A DNA stretch of 64,000 bases from Candidatus Eiseniibacteriota bacterium (GTDB lineage: Bacteria > Eisenbacteria > RBG-16-71-46): the NCBI GenBank assembly GCA_963776245.1, contig CAVZLN010000004.1:1-64000 (forward strand), written 5' to 3'. The translations under genes were made by a program, and so were the position numbers. The first letter of the stretch is position 1; the number at the start of each line of letters is the position of its first letter. Shown here in pieces: positions 21,271 to 30,360 of the stretch. Below the pieces are notes generated by a model that was not told the origin of the DNA, did no database searches, and saw only the letters and a program-made list of their open reading frames with translations.

Positions 21271-22163
21271 TGTCCCGCGCCCTGCCCGCGCTGCTGCTGC
21301 TCGTGGCCACCGGACTGCTCGCGCCCGCCGTGGCGCGCGCCGGCGAGACGTCGATCCTGTTCGGGGGCGGGCTCGCGGCGGCGGCCGAGGGGCCGGATGC
21401 GTCCCCGTTCGCCCTCGCCGCCCCGCCGCTGGATGGTGGCGCGGAGCCCTTCGCCGTGCGCATCAGCGGAGGCACGCCGCGTCCGTCGCGGCGCGGCCGG
21501 GGCGCGCCGGCCGACTCGTCCGCCCGCCCCCGCCGCGTGCAGCCGGTGCTCGACGCGGCGCGCGTGCGCATCCTGCTGCGCTCGGTCACGGTGCCCGGAT
21601 GGGGGCAGGCCACCGCCGGGCACCGCACCTCCGCCACCGTGTTCGCGATCGCCGAGCTGGGCGTCTGGGGATCGTTCACCGCGTTCAAGGTGCAGGAGAC
21701 CCTGCGCCGCCAGTCCTACGAACGCAGCGCGCGCATCTTCGCCGGGATCGACCTGCGCGGGCGCGACGAGGAGTTCCGACGCATCGTCGGGTCTTACCTC
21801 AGCAGCACGGACTACGACCGCTACGTGGTCTATCGCGATGCCGCGAACCTGTACTACGACGACCCGGCGCGCTATCGCGCCTACATCGCGGAGCATTCGC
21901 TGCGCGGGGCGGACGTGTGGGCGTGGGGGAGCGTGGACCAGCTGAGGGAGTACCGGGGCCTGCGCAAGTACACGCAGCGCGCGGCGCTGAGGGCCAACGC
22001 GGCGCTCGCGCTCGCGGTGGCGAACCGGCTGGTGAGCGTGGTCCACGCCACGCGGATCGCGGGACGCCCGCCCGGCAAGCCCCGCTCGTGGAATCTCGAG
22101 TGCGCCCCGGCCGGCGGGGACGATCCCACCGCGTTCGATCTCCGGCTGCGCACGCGCTTCTAG
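21270..22163 (+). CDS. DUF5683-like membrane/exported protein (paralogue 2)
   Basis: TGATG overlap; MSRALPALLLLVATG signal; SVTVPGWGQ, NRLVSVVHA; ends LRLRTRF. Confidence 0.6.
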   Translation: MSRALPALLLLVATGLLAPAVARAGETSILFGGGLAAAAEGPDASPFALAAPPLDGGAEPFAVRISGGTPRPSRRGRGAPADSSARPRRVQPVLDAARVRILLRSVTVPGWGQATAGHRTSATVFAIAELGVWGSFTAFKVQETLRRQSYERSARIFAGIDLRGRDEEFRRIVGSYLSSTDYDRYVVYRDAANLYYDDPARYRAYIAEHSLRGADVWAWGSVDQLREYRGLRKYTQRAALRANAALALAVANRLVSVVHATRIAGRPPGKPRSWNLECAPAGGDDPTAFDLRLRTRF

Positions 22164-22203
22164 CCCGCGCCGGGTCCGGAACCCGGAGGGAGGCACACCT
22201 CCT

Positions 22204-23181
22204 ATGCTCGCGCTCTTGCTGACGCTCGCGCTCGCGCTCGCACCGGGATCCTCTCCCGCCGGTCGGCCCGGCGCGGCGAGCGGCGACTCGTCCGCCGTGG
22301 CCCGCGGGGACACCACGGACGCGCCCGCGATGGAGCTGCGAGAGGTCCGCGTCCTCCGCACCGGGGCCACCGGCGATTCCGCGCTCATGGAGCCGAACGG
22401 GGTGGCGGTGGACGCGTTCGGCACCGTGTGGGTGAGCGACGCCGCGCTCCATCGTCTCCAGCGCTTCGGATCGGACGGCCGCTGGCTCGGCGTGTCCGGC
22501 GGGCTCGGTAGCGACGACGGCCAGATGCGCAGCCCCGGTGCGGTCACGCTGCTCGGCACGCTGTCGGTCGGGGTGCTCGACCGCGAGAACCGGCGCGTGG
22601 TGCGCTGCGACCTGTTCGGCCGCTGGCTCGGCACCCAGGTGGACCTCGCCGATCCGGCGCTCGCGACCGAACTGGGCCGGGTGGACGCGGTGGACCTCGC
22701 CGCCGACCGCGGAGGCGCGATGTTCGTGGCTGACGCCGAGCGCGACCGCGTGCTGGTGTTCGACGCCGGGGGGACGTACGTGCACGCCATCGGAGGATTC
22801 GGACCGCGTCCGGGCTCGTTCCGCGGACTGCGCGGCGTGGCGGTGGCGCCGCGCGGCGAGCTGGTCACCGCCGAACGCGGGGGCGGGCGGGTGCAGCGCC
22901 TCGATACCGGCGGGCGCGCGGTGGCCTCATGGCCGATCGCGGTCGCGCCCGGGCGCGCCGCGCTCCCGGTGGCAGTGGACGATTCGTCGCGCACCGCGGT
23001 GGCCGATGGGGCGAGCGGACGGCTGTGGGTGTTCGACGCCGCCGGGCGATTGCTCGCGGCGCGCTCCGGGCTCGGCGCTCCGCGCGGCCTGGCGTTCGCC
23101 CCCGGCGGCGCGCTGTGGGTGGCGGAGTCGGCCGGGCGCCTGCGCTGCTTCACTCTCGTGCCGCGCTCGCGGGACGAGTAG
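22204..23181 (+). CDS. Exported NHL-repeat beta-propeller protein
   Basis: Signal peptide; repeated PxGVAVD..G.VWVSD / RVLVFD motifs. Confidence 0.85.
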   Translation: MLALLLTLALALAPGSSPAGRPGAASGDSSAVARGDTTDAPAMELREVRVLRTGATGDSALMEPNGVAVDAFGTVWVSDAALHRLQRFGSDGRWLGVSGGLGSDDGQMRSPGAVTLLGTLSVGVLDRENRRVVRCDLFGRWLGTQVDLADPALATELGRVDAVDLAADRGGAMFVADAERDRVLVFDAGGTYVHAIGGFGPRPGSFRGLRGVAVAPRGELVTAERGGGRVQRLDTGGRAVASWPIAVAPGRAALPVAVDDSSRTAVADGASGRLWVFDAAGRLLAARSGLGAPRGLAFAPGGALWVAESAGRLRCFTLVPRSRDE

Positions 23182-23184
23182 CGG

Positions 23185-26100
23185 ATGCGCCATGCGGCGC
23201 TCGCGACCGGGCTCGCCCTGGCGCTCGCCGTGTCCGCGACGCCCGCCACCGGCGCCGCGTCGGCGGTGCGCGACCCGGCCTGCGGCGTGTGCGTGCTGGT
23301 GACGCGCCCGGGGACCCTGATCTACCGGTTGCCCCACGGTTTCGTGCGCGCGGGCTCGGACAGCGTGACCGCGCGCACGCGCCGGCTGGAGCGCGGCCAC
23401 GACTACCTCCTCGACGCGCTGCGCGGCGATCTGCGCCTGCTGCGCGAGCCGGTGGCGGGCGAGACCCTGTGGGTGAGCACCTGCTGGCTGCTGGCGCCGC
23501 CGCCGCTCGAGCTCCAGCTGGCGCGCTACCGGCCGCCTTCGCCCGCCGCGGAGAGCGCGGCCGCGACCGCCGCGGGCGCACCGCCAGCGGCCGGGACGGG
23601 GACGCGACCCGGCAGCGTGCGCACCCCGTTCGCGGCGCCGGCCGGGACCTCGCTCACGCTCACCGGGAACAAGACGCTGGCGGTGGACTTCGGGTCGTCC
23701 CAGGACGCGTCGCTGCGCCAGTCCCTCGACCTGGCGGTGAGCGGCGCGCTGGCCCCGGGCGTGACGCTCATGGGCGTGCTCTCGGACCGCAACACCCCGC
23801 TCACCGCCAGCGGGAGCACCCAGGACCTGCAGGCGCTCGACCGCGTGCTCATCGAGCTGCAGGCGCCGCAGGCCAGCGCCACGCTCGGCGACCTCTCGCT
23901 CAGCTTCGCCGAAGGCGAGTTCGGCCGCGTCGAGCGCCGGCTGCAGGGGGCCCGGGCGACGTGGGACGCTGGCGGACTCCAGCTGGTCGGGGCGGCGGCG
24001 AGCGCCCAGGGCGAGTTCCGCCGCATGGAGTTCCTCGGGGTCGAGGGCCGCCAGGGCCCCTACGTGCTCACCGATCGCGGGGGCGCGACCGGGATCGCGG
24101 TGGTGGCGGGAAGCGAGGTGGTGAACCTCGACGGTCAGCGGCTCACCCGCGGCGAGAGCGCGGACTACTTCATGGACTACGAGCGCGGCCGGCTGACGTT
24201 CACCAACCGCCGCCAGGTCACCGCGCAGTCGCGCATCACGGTGGACTACCAGTTCGCGGTGAACCGCTACCGCCGCAATCTGGTCGCCGGCGGCGGCCGC
24301 TGGGAACGCCGCGCCGGATGGGTGTTCGCGCGCGCGCTCAGCGAGAGCGACGACGGGGGCCGCCCGCTCGACCTGACGCTCGACGCCGAGGACCGCCGCG
24401 TGCTCGCGGCGGCGGGGGACTCGGCCACGCGCGCCGTGGGCGGAGGTGTGAGCGCCGGCGGAGGCGACTACGACACGGTGCGCGTGGACGCGGCGACGCG
24501 CATCTACGCGTACGCCGGCCGCGACTCGGGAGAGTTCCGGGTGTCGTTCGCGCGCCTCGGCGAGGGCCAGGGCGACTACGCCGATTCCACCACGGTGGAC
24601 GGCCGGGTGGTGTACCGCTGGGTCGGCCCGGGTCGCGGCGCGTTCGTGGTCGGCCGCGCGCTCCCGCTCCCGGAATCGCACCGGCTGTGGGCGACCGGAG
24701 GCGGGGTGCGGCTCGGCATCATGACCCTGGAGGCGGAGGGGGCGGTCTCGCGCCTCGACCACAACACCTTCTCGACGCGCGATGACGCCGACGACCTGGG
24801 ACGGGCGGCGCGCGCGGCGCTGAGCCTGAAAGGTCGCACGCGCGGGCCGCTGCCGGGCGAGGTGTCCCTGAGCGTGCAGGCGCGGGGCGTGGGACGCGGC
24901 TTCGCCCCGTTCGCCCGCCTCGAGCGGCCGTTCGCGCAGGAGGACTGGGGGGTGCCGCTGGCCGCCGATCTCGAGCGCCAGGACCGCGTGGAGGGGAGCG
25001 GGCGCTACGCGCTCGCGAGCGGCACCGCGCTGCAGGCGTTCGCCGGCCGGCTGCGCACGCTCGACGGCTTCACCGCGCTGCGACGCGGCGCCGAGTGGTC
25101 GCGCGAGGGCGTGCTGGGCGCGCGAGCGCTGTGGGAGCGCGCCGATGCCGAGCGCGATGGCTGGCGCTTCCGCGACGGCGGCCGCCAGCGCCTGCGCGGC
25201 GAATTGCGCTGGCGCGGCGCGTGGATCGAGCCGGCGGTGCGCGCGGAGTCCGACGCGCGCCGTGCGCCGAGCGACACCGGGCGCGTGGGCGAGCGGTTCC
25301 GCGAGGGCGCGTTCGAGCTGCAGAGCGCGCGGCGTCTGGCGTGGCGCGCGCGCGCCGGCCTGACGCTGCGGCGTGACGCGCGCGCGCGCGACCTCGGCTT
25401 CGAGGACCAGTCGCGCGCGCGGACCTGGAGCGTGGGGCTCGAGAGCCCGGCGGCGGGCGGACTGGGGGTGGTGCTCAACGCGCAGCGGCGCGACGTGCTC
25501 CCGCTCGCCGATCCGCGTCGCACGCGCAGCGACCTCGGCAGCGTGCGGCTGCGCGGACAGGACGCGCGTCACGGACTGCGCGGCACCCTCTCCCTCGAGG
25601 TCACGAGCGAGGGCGAGAACCGCCGCTCGCGCCAGGTGGTGTACGTGGGGCCTCAGAACGGCGCCTACGACGCGTTCGGCAACTTCGTCGGTCGCGGAGA
25701 CTATCTGCTGGTGCTGGCGGTCTCGAACGAGCTCGACCGGGTCGCGCGCGCGGCCACCAGCGCCGGGGCGTCGTGGGAGTTCGGGTCGTCGGAGAACTGG
25801 CACGGTTCGCGGGTGGAGTTCGCGTTCGAGGGGGACACCCGCCGCCGCGGGGACCTGCGGGGCAGCGATGCGTTCGTCTCGCCCGGAGTGGTGCGCGGCG
25901 ATCCCGGGATCTCCCGCGCGAGCGTGCTCCAACGGCTCGAGGCCGATCTCGCTCCGGGCTCGCGCGCGGCCGCGTTGCGCGTGCGGCTCGAGCGGCGCGT
26001 GAGCGCCGACCGGCAGTTCGTGGATTTCGGACAGTCGCTCGAGGACCGCCAGGGGAGCGTGCGCTGGCGCGCGCGTCCCGGCACCCGGGTCACCGTCGAG

Positions 26101-26556
26101 CTCGAGTCGCGGGTGAGGCGCCAGTCGGCCGAGCAGCTCCTGCTGAGTGGCGCCGCGTCGCGCCGCACGCTCGACGAGGGCGGCGGCACCGGCCAGATGG
26201 TGATCACGCCCGCCACCGGACTGCGGGTCGCGGCGCTCGGAGAGGCCACCTGGAGCCGGCCGGAGGGCCAGACCGATCCCACCCGCACGCTGCGCCTCGG
26301 CCCGGATCTCGGCGTGGCGCTCGGGGCGCGCGGCCGCGCCGAGGTGACCGCCCGGCGCGCCTTCATCGCGGGCCCGCCGGCGACCTCGCTGCTGCCCACC
26401 GCCGATCCCGCGGGCGCGCCGCGCTGGGAGAGCACGGCGCGGGTGGACTATCGCGTGCGCGAGAGCACCACGCTCGGGGTGTCCTTCGCCGCGCGCGAGC
26501 ATCCGGGCCGGGCGGCGCGCTACGACGGTCGCGCCGAACTGCGGGCGTTCTTCTGA
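23185..26556 (+). CDS. Large outer-membrane beta-barrel protein with SprA-like segments
   Basis: Signal peptide; LDLAVSGALAPGVTLMGVLSD, ATLGDLSL..GEF...LQGA, GSEVVNLDGQRLTRGESADYFMDYERGRLTF; amphipathic strands; C-terminal ELRAFF. Confidence 0.6.
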   Translation: MRHAALATGLALALAVSATPATGAASAVRDPACGVCVLVTRPGTLIYRLPHGFVRAGSDSVTARTRRLERGHDYLLDALRGDLRLLREPVAGETLWVSTCWLLAPPPLELQLARYRPPSPAAESAAATAAGAPPAAGTGTRPGSVRTPFAAPAGTSLTLTGNKTLAVDFGSSQDASLRQSLDLAVSGALAPGVTLMGVLSDRNTPLTASGSTQDLQALDRVLIELQAPQASATLGDLSLSFAEGEFGRVERRLQGARATWDAGGLQLVGAAASAQGEFRRMEFLGVEGRQGPYVLTDRGGATGIAVVAGSEVVNLDGQRLTRGESADYFMDYERGRLTFTNRRQVTAQSRITVDYQFAVNRYRRNLVAGGGRWERRAGWVFARALSESDDGGRPLDLTLDAEDRRVLAAAGDSATRAVGGGVSAGGGDYDTVRVDAATRIYAYAGRDSGEFRVSFARLGEGQGDYADSTTVDGRVVYRWVGPGRGAFVVGRALPLPESHRLWATGGGVRLGIMTLEAEGAVSRLDHNTFSTRDDADDLGRAARAALSLKGRTRGPLPGEVSLSVQARGVGRGFAPFARLERPFAQEDWGVPLAADLERQDRVEGSGRYALASGTALQAFAGRLRTLDGFTALRRGAEWSREGVLGARALWERADAERDGWRFRDGGRQRLRGELRWRGAWIEPAVRAESDARRAPSDTGRVGERFREGAFELQSARRLAWRARAGLTLRRDARARDLGFEDQSRARTWSVGLESPAAGGLGVVLNAQRRDVLPLADPRRTRSDLGSVRLRGQDARHGLRGTLSLEVTSEGENRRSRQVVYVGPQNGAYDAFGNFVGRGDYLLVLAVSNELDRVARAATSAGASWEFGSSENWHGSRVEFAFEGDTRRRGDLRGSDAFVSPGVVRGDPGISRASVLQRLEADLAPGSRAAALRVRLERRVSADRQFVDFGQSLEDRQGSVRWRARPGTRVTVELESRVRRQSAEQLLLSGAASRRTLDEGGGTGQMVITPATGLRVAALGEATWSRPEGQTDPTRTLRLGPDLGVALGARGRAEVTARRAFIAGPPATSLLPTADPAGAPRWESTARVDYRVRESTTLGVSFAAREHPGRAARYDGRAELRAFF

Positions 26557-28262
26557 TGCGCGCCCGTCCGTTCGGGGCCTGCGCCGCGACGGTGGTGGCG
26601 CTGGCGCTCGCCGCCGGCGCGGGCGCGGCCGCGCCGCGCCTCGAGTACCGCGGTGCCGCCCTGACCCCGGGCAGCGCGGCCGCGTTGCTCGCGCCCGCGC
26701 TGCGCGCGCCCGGCGACAGCGTGGCGCTGGCGTCGGCGCTCGCCTCGGTGGTGGCGCGGCTGCAGTCGATGGGTTACCTCGACGCCCGCGCCGCGGCGGT
26801 CTGGGACAGCGCCGGCGGTCCGCGCCTGCGGCTCGAGGTGAGCGAAGGGACGCGCGTGAGGCTGGTCTCGCTGAGGGTGGACGCGCCGTCGCGCGCCGAC
26901 AGCGTCGCGCTGGCCGGGGCGCTCGGACTGGCGGCCGGCGGGTGGGCGTCCCCGCCCGCCCTGGCGCAGGCGGTCGAGCGCGCGGTGCGGACGGTGTCGG
27001 GCCACGGCTACCCCTACGCGACGCTGGGCGTGGGGGGGTGGGAGCAGGATTCCGCGGGAGTCCGGGTGCGGCTGAGCGGCGCGCGCGGTCCGGAGGTCAC
27101 GGTCGGCCGGGCCCGCTTCGAGGGGCTGAAGGTGACTCGCGAGGCGTTCGCGCGCCGGATCGTCGGCCCGGTCGCCGGCGCGCCGTTCGACCGCGCCACC
27201 GCCGAGGCGGGGCGCGACCGGCTGGCGAACACCGGGCTCTTCCGCGCGGTGAGCTATGAAGGGCTGGAAGGGGAGGCCGACGCGAGTCGCGGGACGCTGG
27301 TCTACCGGGTCGAGGAGCCGCGCTACAACCGCTTCGAAGGCGTGATCGGGGTGCAGGGCGACGCCGGCACCGTGGGCCTGGCGAAGCTCGAACTCGGGAA
27401 CCTGATGGGCACCGGGCGCGCGGGCGCGCTCGAGTGGCGCTCGCGCGGCCGCGGACTGACCGACTTCGGGGCGCGCTACGCCGAGCCGCTGGTGTTCGGC
27501 GCGCCGCTGCGGATCGAGGGGACGCTGGTCCAGCAGGTCCAGGACACGCTCTACACGCGCACCCGCTGGGGCGCGCGCGCGCGGTACGCGCTCTCGGCGC
27601 AGGAGGGGATCGAGGCCGGGATCGAGAACGAACGCATCGTGCAGGCCCGCGGACTGGTGGAGCAGGCCAGCCGGCAGCGGCGGTCGTTCGCCCTCGATCA
27701 CTCCACGCTCGACTCGCCCGCCGCGCCGCGCCTCGGCACCCAGGCGAGAGTGGAGGCGACCCAGGTGTCGGGTTCGGATCGTCTGCGCCCGAGCGGCTCG
27801 CGGAGCTCGCACTCGAGCACGCTGCAGACCCGTCTTGAATGGCATCGTCCACTGCGCGGTCAGACCGGCATCGCGGCCGAGGGCCAGGGCGCGGCGCGCT
27901 TCGCCGGCGAGCGCGTGGCGCCGGTCTACGAGCGCTGGCCGCTCGGGGGAGCCGGCAGTCTGCGCGGGCACGACGAGGAGGAGTTCCGCGTCGACCGCTA
28001 CGCGCTCTCGCGGCTGGAATGGCGCCTCTTCCTCGGCTCCGGTGGCCAGCGCGTCGCGGTGTTCTGGGACCATGCGTGGATGCAGACCCGCGTCGCGATC
28101 GCCGGCGGCGGCGACCGTCTGGACACCCAGCAGAAGGACGGCGTGGGATTCGGACTGCGGCTGGAGGCGGCGGGAGGGCTGGTCGGGGTAGACTACGGCC
28201 TCGCGCCCGGACGGCCGCCGCTCGAGGGCAAGATCCACCTGCAGCTCGTCACCACGTTCTGA
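26556..28262 (+). CDS. Omp85-family (TamA/BamA-like) protein with POTRA domains
   Basis: TGATG overlap; POTRA motifs GYLDA, GYPYA, LANTGLF; NLMGTGR; LGGAGSLRGHDEEEF (VRGY-loop equivalent); C-terminal F. Confidence 0.85.
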   Translation: MRARPFGACAATVVALALAAGAGAAAPRLEYRGAALTPGSAAALLAPALRAPGDSVALASALASVVARLQSMGYLDARAAAVWDSAGGPRLRLEVSEGTRVRLVSLRVDAPSRADSVALAGALGLAAGGWASPPALAQAVERAVRTVSGHGYPYATLGVGGWEQDSAGVRVRLSGARGPEVTVGRARFEGLKVTREAFARRIVGPVAGAPFDRATAEAGRDRLANTGLFRAVSYEGLEGEADASRGTLVYRVEEPRYNRFEGVIGVQGDAGTVGLAKLELGNLMGTGRAGALEWRSRGRGLTDFGARYAEPLVFGAPLRIEGTLVQQVQDTLYTRTRWGARARYALSAQEGIEAGIENERIVQARGLVEQASRQRRSFALDHSTLDSPAAPRLGTQARVEATQVSGSDRLRPSGSRSSHSSTLQTRLEWHRPLRGQTGIAAEGQGAARFAGERVAPVYERWPLGGAGSLRGHDEEEFRVDRYALSRLEWRLFLGSGGQRVAVFWDHAWMQTRVAIAGGGDRLDTQQKDGVGFGLRLEAAGGLVGVDYGLAPGRPPLEGKIHLQLVTTF

Positions 28263-28277
28263 GTCCGGGAGGTCCGT

Positions 28278-30356
28278 TTGCCGTCGCTGCGACAGGAGGT
28301 CGAGGCGGCGTTCGCGCCCGGTGGCGCGCTCGCGCTGAAGTGGCCGCGGTACGAGGAGCGCGGCGCCCAGCGCGCGCTGGCGGCGGACATCGCGCGCACG
28401 CTCGAGGACGGCGGGACGCTGCTCGCCGAAGCGCCGACCGGGATCGGCAAGTCGCTCGCGTACCTGCTGCCGGCGGTGCTGCTGGCCCGCCGCACGGACC
28501 GGCGCGTGGTGATCGCCACGTGCACCAAGTCCCTTCAGGACCAGCTGTTCGAGCGGGACCTTCCGGCGCTGCTGGAGGTGCTCGGGATCCCGCTCGCGTG
28601 CGCCCGGCTGAAGGGCAAGCAGAACTACCTGTGTCCCAAGGCGCTCGAGATCCAGGCCGGACGCGGCGCCGAGGAGGAAGACGTCCTCCAGGCGCTCCGC
28701 GAGTGGGCGGCCTCCGACCCGGTCGGCGACCTCGATCGTTTTCCCGCGGCGGACCCGGAGGGGTTCCGCCGGGTGCGCGGGCGGATCGCGGCCGATCCGG
28801 ACGCGTGCACGCTCGCCACCTGCCGGCGCGGGCGCGAGTGCTTCTGGGTGCGCGCGCGGCGGCAGGCCGCCGAGGCGAAGCTGGTGATCGTGAACCACGC
28901 GCTGCTCGCGCTCTCGGGCGAGTCCCAGGGGTTGCTGCCCGAGTTCGACACCCTGGTGGTGGACGAGGGCCACCGCCTCGAGGGGGTGCTGCTCTCCCAG
29001 CTGGAGCGCTCGGTCTCGCGCCACCGCTTCGAGGAACTGCTGCGCACGGTGGGGAACGCGCGCGGCGGCAAGCGCGAAGGCGGGCTGCTCGGGCGCGCGC
29101 GCCGCTTCGCGCTGCCGCTCACCGATCCGTCCACGCGCGAGGCCATCGACCGCCTCGGCGCACGCACGCGCGACGCGCGGGCGGCCGTCGGAACGCTGTT
29201 CGAGCGCCTCGAGCCGCGCGGCGAGCGTCATGCGGTGTACGGGCTGCGCCAGCGTTACCGCTCGGCGGGCGAGCTGCTGGGCGCCGAGCTCGAGCCGCTC
29301 GAAGCGGTGCTGGGGCATTGTGGCGAGTACGCTCGCACCCTCCACCGTTTCGCCGATGGGCTCGAGAGCGCCGCCGGGACCAGCCCCGCGGCGGCCGAGC
29401 TGGCCGCCGAGCTCGAGCAGGTCGCGGGCTCGTTCGCGGCGCTCGGCGCCGACCTCGACCATCTCGCCGACGCGCACGATCGCGAGTGGGTCTACTGGCG
29501 CAGCGCGGGGACGCGCGGCGTGGAGCTGCACGGCGCGCCGGTCTCGGTCGGCGACCACGCGCGGCGACTGGTGCTCGGACGCGCGCGCGCGTCGGTGCTC
29601 ACCTCGGCCACCCTGTCGTCGGACGGGGACTTCGCGTTCCTCGCGGGGCGGCTCGGGCTCGGCGAGGAATGGGGCATGCCCTACGAGTCCGCGGTGTATC
29701 CGTCGCCGTTCGCGCTCGCGCGCCAGATGCGGGTGCTGGCGCTCGACGCCCCCGGCGAGGAGGCCGAGACGGTCGCCGCCGTGGTGGTCGAGCTGGCGCG
29801 CGCGGTGCCGCGCAACATGCTGGTGCTGTTCACCGCCCACGAGCGTCTGCGGCGGGCGCGCGAGCGGCTGCTCGACGCGCTGCCGGCGGGCGTGGAACTG
29901 CTGGCGCAGGAGTGGGACGGCACCGCGGGCCTGCTGTCCGAGCGTTTCCGCGCGCGGCGGGGGGCGGTCTTGCTCGGCGTGCAGAGCCTGTGGGAAGGTG
30001 TCGACTTCCCGGGGGACGCGCTGGAGATCGTGGTGGTGTCGAAGCTGCCGTTCTCGGTGCCGGACGACCCGCTGGTGGAGTCACGGGCGGAGCGTCTGCG
30101 CGAGCAGGGGCTCGACCCGTTCCGTCACGATGCCGTGCCCGAGGCGGTGCTGCGATTCCGGCAGGGAGTGGGGCGTCTCATCCGCCGCGCGGACGACCGG
30201 GGCGTGCTGGTGGTGTGTGACCCGCGGCTGACGAACGCGTCGTACCGGCGTCCGTTCCTGGCCGCGCTCCCCGCGCCGCCGGAGCGCATGGGTGATGCGC
30301 GCGCACTGGCCCTGGAGGCCGCGCGCTTCCTGCAGGATCTTCCAGTGAGGGGATGA
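28278..30356 (+). CDS. DinG/YoaA-family Fe-S DNA helicase
   Basis: EAPTGIGKSLAYL, KGKQNYLC, CxxxxC...C Fe-S ligands, VDEGH, LTSATL, WEGVDFPG, QGVGRLIR. Confidence 0.93.
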   Translation: MPSLRQEVEAAFAPGGALALKWPRYEERGAQRALAADIARTLEDGGTLLAEAPTGIGKSLAYLLPAVLLARRTDRRVVIATCTKSLQDQLFERDLPALLEVLGIPLACARLKGKQNYLCPKALEIQAGRGAEEEDVLQALREWAASDPVGDLDRFPAADPEGFRRVRGRIAADPDACTLATCRRGRECFWVRARRQAAEAKLVIVNHALLALSGESQGLLPEFDTLVVDEGHRLEGVLLSQLERSVSRHRFEELLRTVGNARGGKREGGLLGRARRFALPLTDPSTREAIDRLGARTRDARAAVGTLFERLEPRGERHAVYGLRQRYRSAGELLGAELEPLEAVLGHCGEYARTLHRFADGLESAAGTSPAAAELAAELEQVAGSFAALGADLDHLADAHDREWVYWRSAGTRGVELHGAPVSVGDHARRLVLGRARASVLTSATLSSDGDFAFLAGRLGLGEEWGMPYESAVYPSPFALARQMRVLALDAPGEEAETVAAVVVELARAVPRNMLVLFTAHERLRRARERLLDALPAGVELLAQEWDGTAGLLSERFRARRGAVLLGVQSLWEGVDFPGDALEIVVVSKLPFSVPDDPLVESRAERLREQGLDPFRHDAVPEAVLRFRQGVGRLIRRADDRGVLVVCDPRLTNASYRRPFLAALPAPPERMGDARALALEAARFLQDLPVRG

Positions 30357-30360
30357 GCGC

